64,000 nucleotides of DNA from Mytilus edulis (Eukaryota). The notes beneath the pieces were generated by a model. The model was not told where the DNA came from. It searched no databases and worked only from the letters and a program-made list of their open reading frames with translations. Positions 63,001 to 64,000 of the stretch are shown piece by piece. Position 1 is the stretch's first letter. The number at the start of each line of letters is the position of its first letter. Location of the stretch: contig NC_092353.1 in assembly GCF_963676685.1 (NCBI RefSeq), positions 34,038,001-34,102,000 of the forward strand, written 5' to 3'. A program made the translations under genes and the position numbers.

Positions 63001-64000
63001 ATGTACGAGTGGTCAATGAAATTCAGTTTGTATTTATAAAATTTAATTGTATTCTCAACATGATTCTTAAAAGTAACTTTTTAACTATTTTGATCTGAGC
63101 GTCACTGATGAGTCTTATGTAGACGAAACGCACGTCTGGCGTATAAAATTATAATCATGGTACTTTTGATAACTATTTACACCACTGGGTCGATGCCATT
63201 GCTGGTGGACGTTTCGTCCCCGAGGGTATCACCAGCCTAGTAGTCAGCACTTCGGTGTTGACATAAATATCAATTATATGGTCATTTTTATAAATTTTCA
63301 GTTTACAAAACTTTTGGGAATTTTGGGTCCTCAATGCTCTTCAACTTTGTATTTGTTTGGCTTTTTAACTATTTTGATCTGAGCGTCACTGATGAGTCTT
63401 ATGTAGACGAAACGCGCGTCTGACGTATAAAATTATAATCCTGGTACTTTTGATAACTATTTACCCATTTCTGTGCTTTCTAATAAATACCGAGTGTTTG
63501 GATTAGAAATAGCAAAACAGTTTTTAAACTCGTTTGGTTGAACAGAACATCAGGCTCACATGGGATGGGGTGGTATACATTTGTAAATGTGTATCACATA
63601 ATCATTACGACGATAATATACGATGTACATCGATTATGACATGTATGATGATACACATAAGAGCAATGAAGGGTAGAATTATTGAATCGATGACAGAAAT
63701 CATCTTTATTGAAGTTATTGAAAGAAATCTAATCAAATTTGATAGCAACCGTGTAATTAATTCTTAGATACATACCTTTTTTCACTGATGTCTGTAATAC
63801 ATTATAATCAATTCTGTAGTAGTCACCATTACTTAATATTTCTACTCTTACATCAGAAAAATCCCCGATATTTTCGAATTCAGAATTCAGTAAGTCTTCT
63901 TTGCACAACGCACTTGTATTGCACATTGCATTCCCATTGTTGAGCATGTAACACGGGTTGTAATAAAATCGGGTTGAATTATTTTTGTCATAAGTTATGA
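57095..64000 (-). CDS. Cation-dependent mannose-6-phosphate receptor / ATG27-like MRH-domain type I membrane protein, 3' part; complement(join(57095-57258,58168-58350,63776->64000))
   Basis: Spliced translation: ...TRFYYNPCYMLNNGNAMCNTSALCKED...YYRIDY...KKDSTITLEC...YYFSLASTRFC..FSIGTIMCVSLLSIVLVYLVVGILYKK...GLQLIPNVTFWAALPGLIKDGYLFFISPC...YDNYERI*. YNPC and ITLEC fit the MRH pattern, followed by a TM helix, the G.Q.IPN..FW..LP.LIKDG tail typical of the M6PR/ATG27 family, and a terminal Yxx-hydrophobic motif. GT-AG phase-1 introns are consistent. Confidence 0.85.
58570..59290 (-). mobile_element. Helentron-type non-autonomous element (minus strand)
   Basis: Minus strand begins TTTTTAGCT...GGGCCAAGTGAGCTTTTCTCATCACTTGGCGTC with a (GTC)n microsatellite and ends CAGATGAGCGACACAGCCTCTTGTT. 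Confidence 0.65.
59545..59685 (-). mobile_element. Naiad-type PLE 3' UTR fragment; more decayed pieces at ~59950-60200 (+) and 60680-60960 (-)
   Basis: Reverse complement of ~2730-2865 (GCCACATGTGGAGCAGGATCTGCTTACCCTTCCGGAGCACCTGA). Confidence 0.75.
61415..62905 (+). pseudogene. Heavily decayed Naiad-type PLE RT copy
   Basis: KCPYKLRYIA, GGMNQMWILK, FRYIDDVLSL and LRKFYG pieces with many stops and frameshifts; colinear with 1651-2996. Confidence 0.8.
63099..63142 (+). ncRNA. Type I hammerhead ribozyme (copy 1)
   Basis: GCGUCA-CUGAUGA-GUCU(UAUGU)AGAC-GAAA-CGCACG-UC/UGGCGU; predicted cleavage after 63136. Confidence 0.88.
63383..63426 (+). ncRNA. Type I hammerhead ribozyme (copy 2)
   Basis: GCGUCA-CUGAUGA-GUCU(UAUGU)AGAC-GAAA-CGCGCG-UC/UGACGU; predicted cleavage after 63420. 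Confidence 0.9.

Larger units (their letters stand above)
63078..63463 (+). mobile_element. Non-LTR retrozyme: 284-bp unit bounded by two type I hammerheads
   Basis: ~102-bp direct repeats 63078-63180 and 63362-63463, each containing a hammerhead. Confidence 0.9.

Overview
AT-rich, intron-containing animal genomic DNA. The repeat content points to a bivalve mollusc, probably Mytilus-like (inference). Four spliced protein-coding genes were reconstructed by hand: (1) the 3' ten coding exons of S-adenosylmethionine decarboxylase (AMD1, +, 4057-15956); (2) a complete Bak-type Bcl-2 family gene (+, 27164-30886); (3) a two-exon family-B/adhesion-like 7TM receptor with an SMB-like domain (-, 40211-44232); (4) the 3' three exons of a CD-M6PR/ATG27-like MRH-domain membrane protein (-, 57095->64000). 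Introns and intergenic DNA hold Penelope-like retroelements of two clades, hammerhead-ribozyme retrozymes, Helentron-type non-autonomous elements, TIR MITEs, SINE pieces and minisatellites. Most notable is a 2.77-kb non-coding insertion (51303-54067). It has split direct repeats and an internal loxP/FRT-like circle-junction copy, and it integrated by a base-conserving crossover that can be read against an empty-site copy in the same window. This suggests a non-autonomous tyrosine-recombinase element. Also notable: a U12-type AT-AC intron in AMD1, an 80-codon in-frame open tail after the AMD1 stop codon, and a tandem hammerhead pair predicted to release a 284-nt RNA. All calls were made by eye; no database searches were run.
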